Shown here: positions 12,301-22,500 of the stretch, in pieces
Layout: each line of letters starts with the position of its first letter
How positions within the stretch are numbered: position 1 is the first letter of the stretch
NCBI GenBank assembly: GCA_012862495.1
Contig: BLSG01000197.1
Coordinates: 186,748-237,964 of the forward strand
DNA: 51,217 bases
Reading direction: 5' to 3'
From: Thraustochytrium aureum
Taxonomy: Eukaryota
Made by a program: the position numbers and the translations under genes
Notes under the pieces: generated by a model
The model's input: the letters and a program-made list of their open reading frames with translations, nothing else
Told to the model about the DNA's origin: nothing
The model's database searches: none

Positions 12301-15300
12301 CTTCGAGCCGCGTGTGATCGAGTCGCCCCTGTCGATGGAGGCGCTGAAGATCCCGTTTGCTGCGCTTGCCTTTCGGGTCACCAATCGGTTCCACCACTGG
12401 TCTTGCGGCGGGCGGCCGCCGGTCGCCGGGCTTGACCTCGACATAGGCGGCCCGTTCGGGCTGGCCTCGCGCGAGCTTGGTTTTGGGCCCGAAAGCGTGC
12501 GCACACGGCGCGACGCTCGGCGCGTGGGCGAGCTTGGCGTTTCCAGCCAGAGACTCATCCAGGTTCTTCGCGCAGTCGAGTTTGACGNNNNNNNNNNNNN
12601 NNNNNNNNNNNNNNNNNNNNNNNNNNNNNNNNNNNNNNNNNNNNNNNNNNNNNNNNNNNNNNNNNNNNNNNNNNNNNNNNNNNNNNNNNNNNNNNNNNNN
12701 NNNNNNNNNNNNNNNNNNNNNNNNNNNNNNNNNNNNNNNNNNNNNNNNNNNNNNNNNNNNNNNNNNNNNNNNNNNNNNNNNNNNNNNNNNNNNNNNNNNN
12801 NNNNNNNNNNNNNNNNNNNNNNNNNNNNNNNNNNNNNNNNNNNNNNNNNNNNNNNNNNNNNNNNNNNNNNNNNNNNNNNNNNNNNNNNNNNNNNNNNNNN
12901 NNNNNNNNNNNNNNNNNNNNNNNNNNNNNNNNNNNNNNNNNNNNNNNNNNNNNNNNNNNNNNNNNNNNNNNNNNNNNNNNNNNNNNNNNNNATCAAGGAC
13001 GCGTCAAGGCCTGCACCCCGCTCCTTGAGCGCTTTGCGTTCATCACTCCGCGCGCAGTGGCTGCAGTTCCCATTCTAGACATGATTGGCCCTGGGTCTGG
13101 CGCCGCCGCTGACTGGACACTGCCAAGCGGCAATACGTTGCAGGAGGAGCGAAACTACCGGTCCGCGGAGCGACGACTTGTGGCCGCGGTCCAATCATCA
13201 GACCCAGATGCCCCTCTGAGCGCTGCACTTTTGCATCCCGCCGCGGTCCGTCTCACGTTGTCTTTTCCGGACAAAATGCTTGTTCAGTACGACTGCGGGA
13301 AACTGCAAGTTTTGGCGCGCATGCTCAGGGACCTCAAAGCGGGCGGGCACCGGGTGCTGATTTTCACGCAGATGACGCGCATGCTCGACATCCTCGAGAT
13401 CTTCCTCAACATCCATGGCCACGTGTATTTCCGGCTGGATGGCGCCACCAAGGTGGAAGAGCGGCAGCGCATGATGGAAAAGTTCAATCGCGACACGCGC
13501 ATTTTCGCGTTCATTCTCAGCACTCGCAGCGGCGGTCTCGGGATCAACCTGACTGGTGCAGACACCGTCATCTTTTACGACTCTGACTGGAACCCGAGCA
13601 TGGACGCCCAGGCGCAGGACCGCGCGCATCGGATCGGCCAGACCCGCGACGTGCACATCTACCGGCTCATCAGCGAGCACACCATCGAGGAGAACATCCT
13701 CGTCAAGGCCAACCAGAAACGCGAGCTAAACAAGCTGTCGGTGGAAGACGGCAACTTTACTGTCTCTACCTTCCTCTCGACCGGCGGGCAGGTCGCCGAT
13801 CTCCTGGGGGTCGGAGGCGCGATGGCTGGCTCGTCGGGGGCGCCGGCACCGGCGACGGCGCGCGAGATCGAGGCAGCGATGGCCTCGGTGGAGGACGAGT
13901 CAGACAAGCTGGCTGCAAAGCGCGCGCAAAAGGAGGCCGAGGCCGACATGGACGAGTTTGACGAGTCTGCGCAGCCGACAGCTGACGCCACGGACTCGCC
14001 GATGCCAGAGGCGAGCAGGCCGAACAAAGCGGAAACGGCAGCCCCCTCGGAGGAGCGCGACGCTGATCAAGTGCAAGCGGACCCGCAGACGGCTTCCGCG
14101 TCGGACGTCGGCACTGAGCAAGTTGCGGCCGAGGCAGCCCTGACGCAGGACCAGTTCCAGACCATCGAGCAGCAGCTGCGTCCCGTGGAGCGGCACGCGA
14201 TCGACCTCCGAACCTACTGGTACCCGATCGTGAACGCCATTGAAGCCCAGCGCGAGCTGGAGGAAATGGAGCGCGCCCAGCAAGAGTCCTGGGAGGTCGA
14301 CCGGCTGGAAGAGGAGAAGGAGCTTTTGGAGGACGAGGGCGAAGAGGAGCTGATCATGGCTGCGGATGGCCGAAAATTTGACGTGACGCAGTACCGGGCC
14401 GCCCGCGCGGCGATCACGAGTAAGAAGATCTTCAAGCTGCTGAGCGCCTCCGGCTGGGAGACCCACCTCGACGGTGCCGGCCGCCGTTACTACTGGCACG
14501 CTGAAACCGGCGAGTCGACCTGGCAAAAGCCAGCAATCGCAGAGGCGATCGAGTCGCTCCGCGTGACCCGCCGGAAAAAAGTGGGCTCATCTCAGCCGCG
14601 ACGTGCTCGTGCGTATCTTCGGCTACTTGTGCGAGCCTGACGATCGGACGGTATTGGCTACCGTCTGCCGCATGTGGCGGGATGTTTCGCGCCGTCCGGA
14701 GCTCTTCCTGTGGGTCGAGGGCGAGACCGATCCAGGCCGGCGCGGCCCGTGCGGGATGCCAGAGCAACTATTTCCCGACGAGTTTGTCACAATCGGGACA
14801 GCGGTAGAGGCACTCTATGCCAAGGGCGAGGTGTGGTATCCTTGTGTTGTGTCAGATGTGAACCAAGACGGCACTTACGAAGTCACATACACGGACGGTT
14901 TTGTGGAGACTGGCCTGCGCAGGGCGATGCTGCGCCTCGACTCTGGGAGCCGCTACAACTTTGTCTCCCCAGTGGATGGCGGCGCGCCTTATGGAGTCTT
15001 CAACAAGCACCACTGCAGTCGCTTGGCCCGCGGCCCTCGGCCGCCCGGCCCTCGCCGCTTCACCTCCATCGCCTCTGCCTTGAACGCAGCGCTGAGCGGT
15101 GACGTCGTCGTGCTTCGCGCCGGGCTCCATCTTGTCGACAACGTGTCTGTGCGGCGCGGAGTCCGCATCGTCGCCGAGCGATCGCTGGCCGAGCGGTCAG
15201 GGGCGCTTGAAGCTGCAAAGAATAAGTTTGCGGGCGAGTTTGACCTTGGTGGCTACACTGGGCCAATCAACCGCAGGGCCAAGTCCCCGAAGGAGTCGAA

Positions 15301-16376
15301 AAAGCACAAGTCTGTTGCCCAGGCGATGAAACCGATTCCGCCGCCGCCGGTCGAGGTTATCGGGATCGAAGCCTCTGATCGGGACTCTATCGTCAACCGT
15401 CACGAGCAGGGGGAGCTCGAGGAGGCTGCTTGCATCGCACAGGTCGGGGGGCGCTCGCCTGCTGTCGTGGCTCCGCGAAAGGACGAGGACACGCACGAGA
15501 TGTGGGCCTTTCCGCAGCGCAGCGCCATCGAGTGTGTTAACGCGGCGCCTCTATCTATAGCTGATGCGGGCGAGGTCGTTCTGGAGGGTTGCGCTGTTTT
15601 CCAGTCCAAGTCTGCTGAGTGCGGCGTTTTGCCCGCGCTCTCGGTGAGCGGGGAGAGCAAGGTGTGGCTGTCAGAGTGTACGGTGGGCCACCGTGACGGC
15701 GGGGGCGACGCGCTCGTAGTGAGCGGCCCGCGCGCTTTCGCCTGCTTGTGCGAAAGCGCCGTTAGCGGCGGCGCTGGGACCGGGATCCGCGTGCAGTCGT
15801 GCGCTGGCCTCGTCCAGGTGGAAGCTGAGGAGTGCGGAAGCGGCAGTCGTGGCGTCAAGGAAGCGAAGGGCGCCCTCGCGGCAACTCGCGCCAGCTTCTT
15901 CAGCAACCTGTGCGGACTTGCACCTCGGCCGGCAAAGACTCGCAAGGCGGTCAAGGACGCCGCTGCGCCGTCGAAGCGTGCTGGCCGCAGGACCAGAGCG
16001 GGCGCGGCGCGGCCACCGCGAGTTCGCCTGAGCGCACCCGATGGCGCGCTGACTGGAGATTCGGACAAGGCAGAGGAAGTGTCGGAGGCGACACCCGAGA
16101 GTGCCGCGACAGTGCACAGGCCTCAGCGAGGGTCTCGGCAGGCGAAGGGCGGCCGTCCCGCCGGCGCCGAAAAGCAGCCGCCCAAGCCGAGGCGCGGTGG
16201 CCGCCTGCGCTCGTCAGGGCAGGCTAGTTCTGGGGCTGGCTCGGACGTGCTCCCAGAGTCGCCCCCGGGCCAGTCCGTAGCGACGGCGGATCGCGATGAG
16301 GCGGCTGAGGAAACAGCTGCGGCGAGCAAGGCGGTCTCGCCGCGCGCGGCCAGAAACTCGGCCAAGCCCGGCAGCA
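9377..16376 (+). CDS. SWR1: SWR1/SRCAP/Domino-type SNF2 chromatin-remodelling ATPase with C-terminal WW, F-box, Tudor-like and beta-helix-like regions; 3' end in or just after the gap, start may lie in the upstream gap
   Basis: HSA HWDYLLKEMSWMAKDFKTERKWK. Helicase motifs NGILADEMGLGKT, LDEAHNIKNF, LLTGTPLQN, KLRMVCNHPDIFE, QYDCGKLQ, LIFTQM, STRSGGLGINLTGAD and QAQDRAHRIGQ. WW domain 14452-14532. One extra base at the A-run 14575-14580 joins ORF 14603 in frame (RKKWAHLSRDVLVRIFGYL). Confidence 0.93.
10628..11107 (+). repeat. In-frame 249-bp (83-aa) near-identical tandem duplication in the SWR1 acidic region; a more diverged copy at about 10390-10550
   Basis: DSDEEEG...EVAADGDAESDRDEADWSGDEEEDDE.TMEQEDETKPDEVQDELDALKAEAEMSREELLAKYMGIG starts at 10628 and again at 10877. 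Confidence 0.95.
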
Positions 16377-16921
16377 NNNNNNNNNNNNNNNNNNNNNNNN
16401 NNNNNNNNNNNNNNNNNNNNNNNNNNNNNNNNNNNNNNNNNNNNNNNNNNNNNNNNNNNNNNNNNNNNNNNNNNNNNNNNNNNNNNNNNNNNNNNNNNNN
16501 NNNNNNNNNNNNNNNNNNNNNNNNNNNNNNNNNNNNNNNNNNNNNNNNNNNNNNNNNNNNNNNNNNNNNNNNNNNNNNNNNNNNNNNNNNNNNNNNNNNN
16601 NNNNNNNNNNNNNNNNNNNNNNNNNNNNNNNNNNNNNNNNNNNNNNNNNNGTGAGGCCGGCCCTCACTCACTAACTAGTAGCGAGAAGCAGCGCCTGCTC
16701 GACGAATTCGAGCCCGAGCTACATAGGTTGCACGACTCGACGAGCAAGCAGCAAAAGCACTTTATTATTTTTGGTTCGTCCGTTTGTTGATGACCGGGTG
16801 GGAAGCGAGCCGCGGAAGCTGACGCGCGCCTGAGCCTTCGCAGGCTCACAGACGGCGATAAGCGCCACACAGATGCTCGGGCCAAGCAAGGTCTATCAGT
16901 GCCTGCACGTGCTGTGCTGGC

Positions 16922-17876
16922 TTACTTGGGCCCGAGAGCGGCCGAGATGTCGGCGTTCACCTTGTCGATCGGCTGCACCGCGTTGATGTTCTTCACAACG
17001 GCGCTGTAGTGAGCCAGCACGGGCGCGGTCTGCTCGTGGAAGGTCTGCAGGCGGTTACGGAGGGTGTCCTCGTTGTCGTCTTTCCGCTGCACGAGCGCTT
17101 CGCCAGTCACGTCGTCCTTGCCCTCGACCTTGGGCGGGTTGAACTTTACGTGGTAGCTACGGCCGCTCTCCGGGTGCACGCGGCGGCCAGTGATGCGCTC
17201 CACGAGGGTCTCGTCGCTGACCTCAAAGTTGATCACAGCGTCGATCTTGTCGCCTTGGGCCTTGAGGAGTTCGTCGAGCTTCTCAGCCTGCTTGACCGTG
17301 CGCGGAAACCCGTCAAGGATAAAGCCCTTGGCGCACTCGGGCTTGCCGAGGTTCTCCTTGATCTAAGGCAGGCCNNNNNNNNNNNNNNNNNNNNNNNNNN
17401 NNNNNNNNNNNNNNNNNNNNNNNNNNNNNNNNNNNNNNNNNNNNNNNNNNNNNNNNNNNNNNNNNNNNNNNNNNNNNNNNNNNNNNNNNNNNNNNNNNNN
17501 NNNNNNNNNNNNNNNNNNNNNNNNNNNNNNNNNNNNNNNNNNNNNNNNNNNNNNNNNNNNNNNNNNNNNNNNNNNNNNNNNNNNNNNNNNNNNNNNNNNN
17601 NNNNNNNNNNNNNNNNNNNNNNNNNNNNNNNNNNNNNNNNNNNNNNNNNNNNNNNNNNNNNNNNNNNNNNNNNNNNNNNNNNNNNNNNNNNNNNNNNNNN
17701 NNNNNNNNNNNNNNNNNNNNNNNNNNNNNNNNNNNNNNNNNNNNNNNNNNNNNNNNNNNNNNNNNNNNNNNNNNNNNNNNNNNNNNNNNNNNNNNNNNNN
17801 NNNNNNNNNNNNNNNNNNNNNNNNNNNNNNNNNNNNNNNTTCGCGGTCGTGGTGGGCTGGGGCTGGGCGATGCCAT
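16922..17876 (-). CDS. ADK: Adenylate kinase, long LID type; last exon 16922-17362, upstream exon(s) mostly in gap, putative ATG at 17876
   Basis: KGFILDGFPRT, LVERITGRRVHPESGRSYHVKFNPPK and LVQRKDDNEDTLRNRLQTFHEQT. Acceptor ccttag precedes 17362 on the minus strand. The MASPSPSPPRPR start before the gap is tentative. Confidence 0.93.
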
Positions 17877-18233
17877 ACCCGCTCGGGTCGGCGCAGACGC
17901 TGAGCTCGACGATTGAGCTGCAGCAGAGGCAACAGCTTGCTGGGCGCAGGGCGTCGACGCGAGCCAGGACGAACAGAGCCAGGCGCAGGGAGGGATCGCT
18001 GGCGAGCAGGAGGACGAGCTGCAAGGGACGAGGGACGTGGAGCTGGAGGAGCCGCTGAGCGCCAACTCTGCGAGCTCTGGCGGGTTTGTGCTGGTCGCCG
18101 CTGAGAGCGCAAGGTCAGGCCGAGCGCTCGACGGACGCGACGCGTGCAGGTACGACCGAAAGGTGCTGATCAAATCTGACGGAACTGCCGAGCGGTGGGC
18201 CTGATCAGCCGGCGGGCCGCACCGTGCGCCAGG

Positions 18234-19397
18234 ATGGGCGACCGAGCCGGGAAAAAGCGTAAATTCCACGCCGGTGCTAGGGGCGAGGACAAGGACCGCA
18301 AGCGAAGGCGTGGGGGCATCGCTTTGACCGACATGAAGACCGGCAAGCGTGGGTTTCTTGTCACGTTTGACCAGGGCCGCGTGCGGCAAGTGCGGGCGCA
18401 AATGCAGGACTGGCTGTGCGATTCTGTGGAGGCACTCCAAGGCGCAGGCACAGCCAGCGCATCGGGCTCGGGGATCGACAAGGCCATTGCGGCTGAGATC
18501 GCACTGTGCAAATCAACGGGGCGCGACGTCGAGCCGGTAGATATGGTAAGTGCTGTGCGAGCGAACGCCGCTCTGCATGTTGGTGGTTCATTCACCCACG
18601 AGGTTGGTCACCAGATGGCCACTGCCTCCAACGCTACTGCCCCAGACGACAACCAACAGCAACAGTGGCTGGCACCTGGGTTGTGCGGGGCGATCGACTG
18701 ACCAAGCCTTGACGATTGGCGCTTACTTGCAGGGTTCCGGGACGCGTGGCTGCCAGGTCTTCATGCTGCGGGACAAAGTTTTGGTTGACCCTGTTGATGT
18801 TGTGGCGCACATATTTGGCGAGGTTTCAAGCGCGGGGAAATCCCGCGTGCCGGGCGCCTTTACTCTGTGCCCTCTCGCATCTTGCAGCTTCGCCACCGTT
18901 GAGGATCTCATGCGCACGGGCGCGCCGCTGCTGCGCAAGCACTTTGGAGCCGGCTCGGGGCCGCAAAAGGTAAGTGCCGTCGGCTCGCGCCGCTCGCATC
19001 TTCCGAACGGCGCTAACAGCATGGGCTCTTGCGCTTGAGCGGCCCAAAGTTTGCTATCCAATTCCGGCGCCGCATGGCCAAGTCGATTTCCCGCGAGGAA
19101 ATCATTGCTGCTGTGGGCAGCGTCATCGATGAGGCACAGCCTCCCGGAGTCAAGCACTGTGTCGATTTGACCAACCCAGACACTGTCGTCTCAGTTGAGG
19201 TCGTGAAAAATGTTGCTGGGATTGCCATTGTCCCTTGCGCTGGCGCACTGTTTGGCTTCAACCTTCAGACCGCTGAGGCAGCCGGCGCGGCAAAGGCGGG
19301 CGGGGGCATCGAGACCGCTGAGGCAGCCGGCGCGGCAAAGGCGGGCGGGAGCATCGCAGCTCCTGCGGCGGTGGCTGACGAGGCGGCTACCAGCTAG
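18234..19397 (+). CDS. THUMP-domain protein (THUMPD1/Tan1-like tRNA acetylation adaptor); exons 18234-18545, 18733-18969 and 19050-19397
   Basis: GTAAGT donors at 18546 and 18970, and AG acceptors ending at 18732 and 19049, give an in-frame splice. Motifs RGFLVTF, VDPVDVV and FAIQFRRR...SREEII...VDLTNPDTVVSVEVVKNVAGIAIV. Confidence 0.85.
19267..19356 (+). repeat. 45-bp two-copy tandem repeat encoding TAEAAGAAKAGG in the THUMP protein tail
   Basis: AGACCGCTGAGGCAGCCGGCGCGGCAAAGGCGGGCGGG at 19267 and 19312. Confidence 0.9.
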
Positions 19398-19523
19398 GAG
19401 ACAAAAACTCGCGCGCAAGGCCGCGGCAGGCAAGGCAGACGGACAGCCAACATGAAATCAAACCTCCTTATTTTGGACTGTAAATTCACACACGCGGCCG
19501 CCAGCAGTGTCGCATGCCAATGC

Positions 19524-22500
19524 TCACTGCTGCGTGCACTCCGCGGTGTTGTCGTTAAGGGCAGCTGCGTCGTTCCGAAGTGGCGCAGGGGCGAGGCCGT
19601 TCTCTTTGTCGCTGGCAGCGACAGGTGTCGCAACCTTTTTGCTTCCGCACGGCGCCGCATTCGAAGTACTTGTCTCTGAGCAGGACGAGTGGCTCCTGCT
19701 CTTCCGAGCGCTATGTTGCGGCGCCTGCGGCGGCAGCGCATTCGGCTCCAAGCCAGAGAGCGGCGTCTTTCGTGCAGGGTGGGCTGCTTGCTCGGGCTGG
19801 GGCGGAGGGCCGCGAGTAGTTGCCAATGCGCATCGATCGCGAGCCTTGCGGAGCTCGACCATGAGGTCAAGGTTCTCCTTCTCAAGAAAGCGGATCGTGC
19901 TTTTCTGCTCCTCAAGCTTGTTGACGAGGCCCTCGCTGTCTTTCTCACTCTCTTCCTTCGTCTTGAGAAAGTCTTGCTCAAACTCGACGAGGCGAGCGCG
20001 GAGCTTCGCGGTCTGCTCGCGGAGGTCCTGGTTTTCCGCATTTCCTTCACTCAGCTGCTTTCGCAGCGACTCCACTTCGCGCTCAGAGTGGCGTCGCTGA
20101 GCGTCTGCGCTCGCGAGCTTGCCCTTGTAGGTCCCCACGAGGTCCTCGAGGCGCTCGATGTCGCCGCCGTCCTCTTCGCGAGCCTCCATGACGCGCACCT
20201 GCCCCTCAAAACTGTCCCGCTCCTTCTGCACCACCACAAGGCGGTCCGTGAGCATGTTGACAAAGTCTGCCGGCGAGATCTTTTCGAGCACCCCGAACCG
20301 CCTCGCGCAGCGCCAGACGAGCTCGTTGAGCTCGTTGTTTGCGCCGCTCTGCGCCGCTTCGGCTGCCTGCTTGGCCGCCGAGAGCCGGTCGCGGAGCTCT
20401 GCTTGCTTGGCGACAAGGGCCTCGTTGCTCGCGCTGACCTCGGCGAAGCGGATCTTGAGATTGCGGTAGTCGTCCTTGACTTGCTGGATCCTCTGCACTT
20501 TTTCCTTTGTGAGCTTGACCAGTTCCAGCTTGTGAATCCGCTCCTTGGCATGCTCGAGCAGCGCCTCTCGCTCGCGGACAGACTCGCGAAGAGCGCTGGC
20601 CTCCTCGATAGCAGCTTGGGCCCTTTGCTCCGCTTGCGCGGATTGCGCGGCCAGCCCCTTGGCTTCGGCCAGTGCAAGGTGCAGGTCTGTGAGCTGCTCC
20701 ACCTGCTCTCTGGACTCCTCCTTGGTGCTGGCAAGCGCGCGCGTCGCCTCGGAGGCCTTGCGCTCAAGCTCGGCAACTAGTACCTTGCTCGCAGCGAGCT
20801 CCTCCGCCAGAGCTGACTCTCTTTCGGCAAAGGCAGAGAGCTCCAGAGCCCGGGCGTTCTCGGTCGCCGCATTCGAAGCCAGCTCTGTTTGGAGCGCACC
20901 GAGTTGCTCCTCGAGGAGCGCGGCACGCTCTCCCTGCGCCTTGCGCTCCTCCTCAACCATGGCGATGGCGTCGCGCTGGCTTTTCAGGCGCCGCTGCATC
21001 TCGTCCAGGTCGCTCTGAGCCTCGGCCAGCTTTGCGGCAGCCTCTTCGCGCCGTGCTTCTGCGGCAGCAACGCCTCTTCGCCAGGGCCAGCCTCGCGCAG
21101 CCTGCGTGCCTCTTCCGAGGCCTCAAACGCCTCGNNNNNNNNNNNNNNNNNNNNNNNNNNNNNNNNNNNNNNNNNNNNNNNNNNNNNNNNNNNNNNNNNN
21201 NNNNNNNNNNNNNNNNNNNNNNNNNNNNNNNNNNNNNNNNNNNNNNNNNNNNNNNNNNNNNNNNNNNNNNNNNNNNNNNNNNNNNNNNNNNNNNNNNCCT
21301 TGAGGGAGCTCGTCTTGCGCTCGAGAGCCTCGATGGCAACACGCATGCGCTCAAGCTGCTCCACATCCACTGCTGCGCCCGATGCAGCCAGATCGCGAGC
21401 CGCACCCTCCGTCGCTGCGATGTTTGCTTCGTGCATTGCTTTGGTCGCCTCGGCCTCGCTGCGCAGGCGAGCATTCTCCTCTTCCGCCTCTGCGAGCGCC
21501 TTTGTAGCATCAGCAAGGAGGCGACGAGCTTGCCTTTCCGCAGTTTCCGCTGCCTCTAGGCTCTGGCGGGCTTGTGCAGCCTCGTCGCGCAGGCCGTGCG
21601 CGTCCAGCGCCGCGGTGTTCTCCAGCTCTCGCAAGCGGGCATTGGCCTCGCCAAGCTGCGCAATTGCCTTGTCGCGCTCCTGGACCGCCAGGTCGAGGCG
21701 CAGTTCGAGTTGGCCCACGCGCTTCTGAACGGCGGTGGAGGCGTCGGCGTCTGCCTGCCAACCGCCGAAATCAATTCGGTTTTTGACGCCGCAGCATGTT
21801 CGGCATGGGCGGCTCGCGCTTCGGCCAGTTCGTTCCTGAGGGCCTCTACCGTCGACGTCAGAGCGCAAACCGCGGCTCTCTCCTTTGCGAGCTGGGTGGA
21901 TGCGCTTTCTTCCAGTGCGGCCTTTTCGCGCGCAGCGTGATCGCGCTCGGCCTGCATCGCCCTTAGGTCTTCAAGCAGAGTCTCCGCGCGCCCTCGGAGG
22001 GCGAAAAGCTCTTGCTCCGCCAGCGAGGCCTGCGTCTCGAGCTGCGAGGCGCGCTTGTTCGCAGCTTCAACGTCGTCGCCACTACCGCGTCCACCGAGTA
22101 CCGCGGCCGTCGCCTGCAGCCGCGAGACCACCTCGCGATACTCGTCGCGTTCGTGTTTGGCAAACTCGAGCTCAACACGAGACACAATCTCGCTGAGGAC
22201 GGCGGCTGAAACTTGTGTGGCCCCGGCCACGCTCTCCTCCTCGACACCCCTGGTCAGCGCTTCCGTTACGGACGTTAGTTGCGACCGTGCTGCGTTGCAC
22301 TCGAACTCCAGTTCGGCCACCTTGGACTCGAGCTGGCAAATTGCAACTTCTTGTGCAGCTTTGACTGCGTTGAACTCGGCTTGCAGGGCTTGAGCAGACG
22401 AACGGGTTTCGACCAAGCTGGCTTCGCGCTCTGCGAGGCATGCCTCCAGGCTCGCCAGCCGGGCAGCATACACAGAGTGCGTCTCTTCGGCGTCCGCCAC

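Noticed and set aside
16786..16850. TGATGA...CTGA plus the hairpin TGAGCCT-TCGC-AGGCTCA as a snoRNA or SECIS
   Set aside because: There is no terminal stem or recognisable guide, and no selenoprotein nearby. A 7-bp hairpin is expected by chance in GC-rich DNA.
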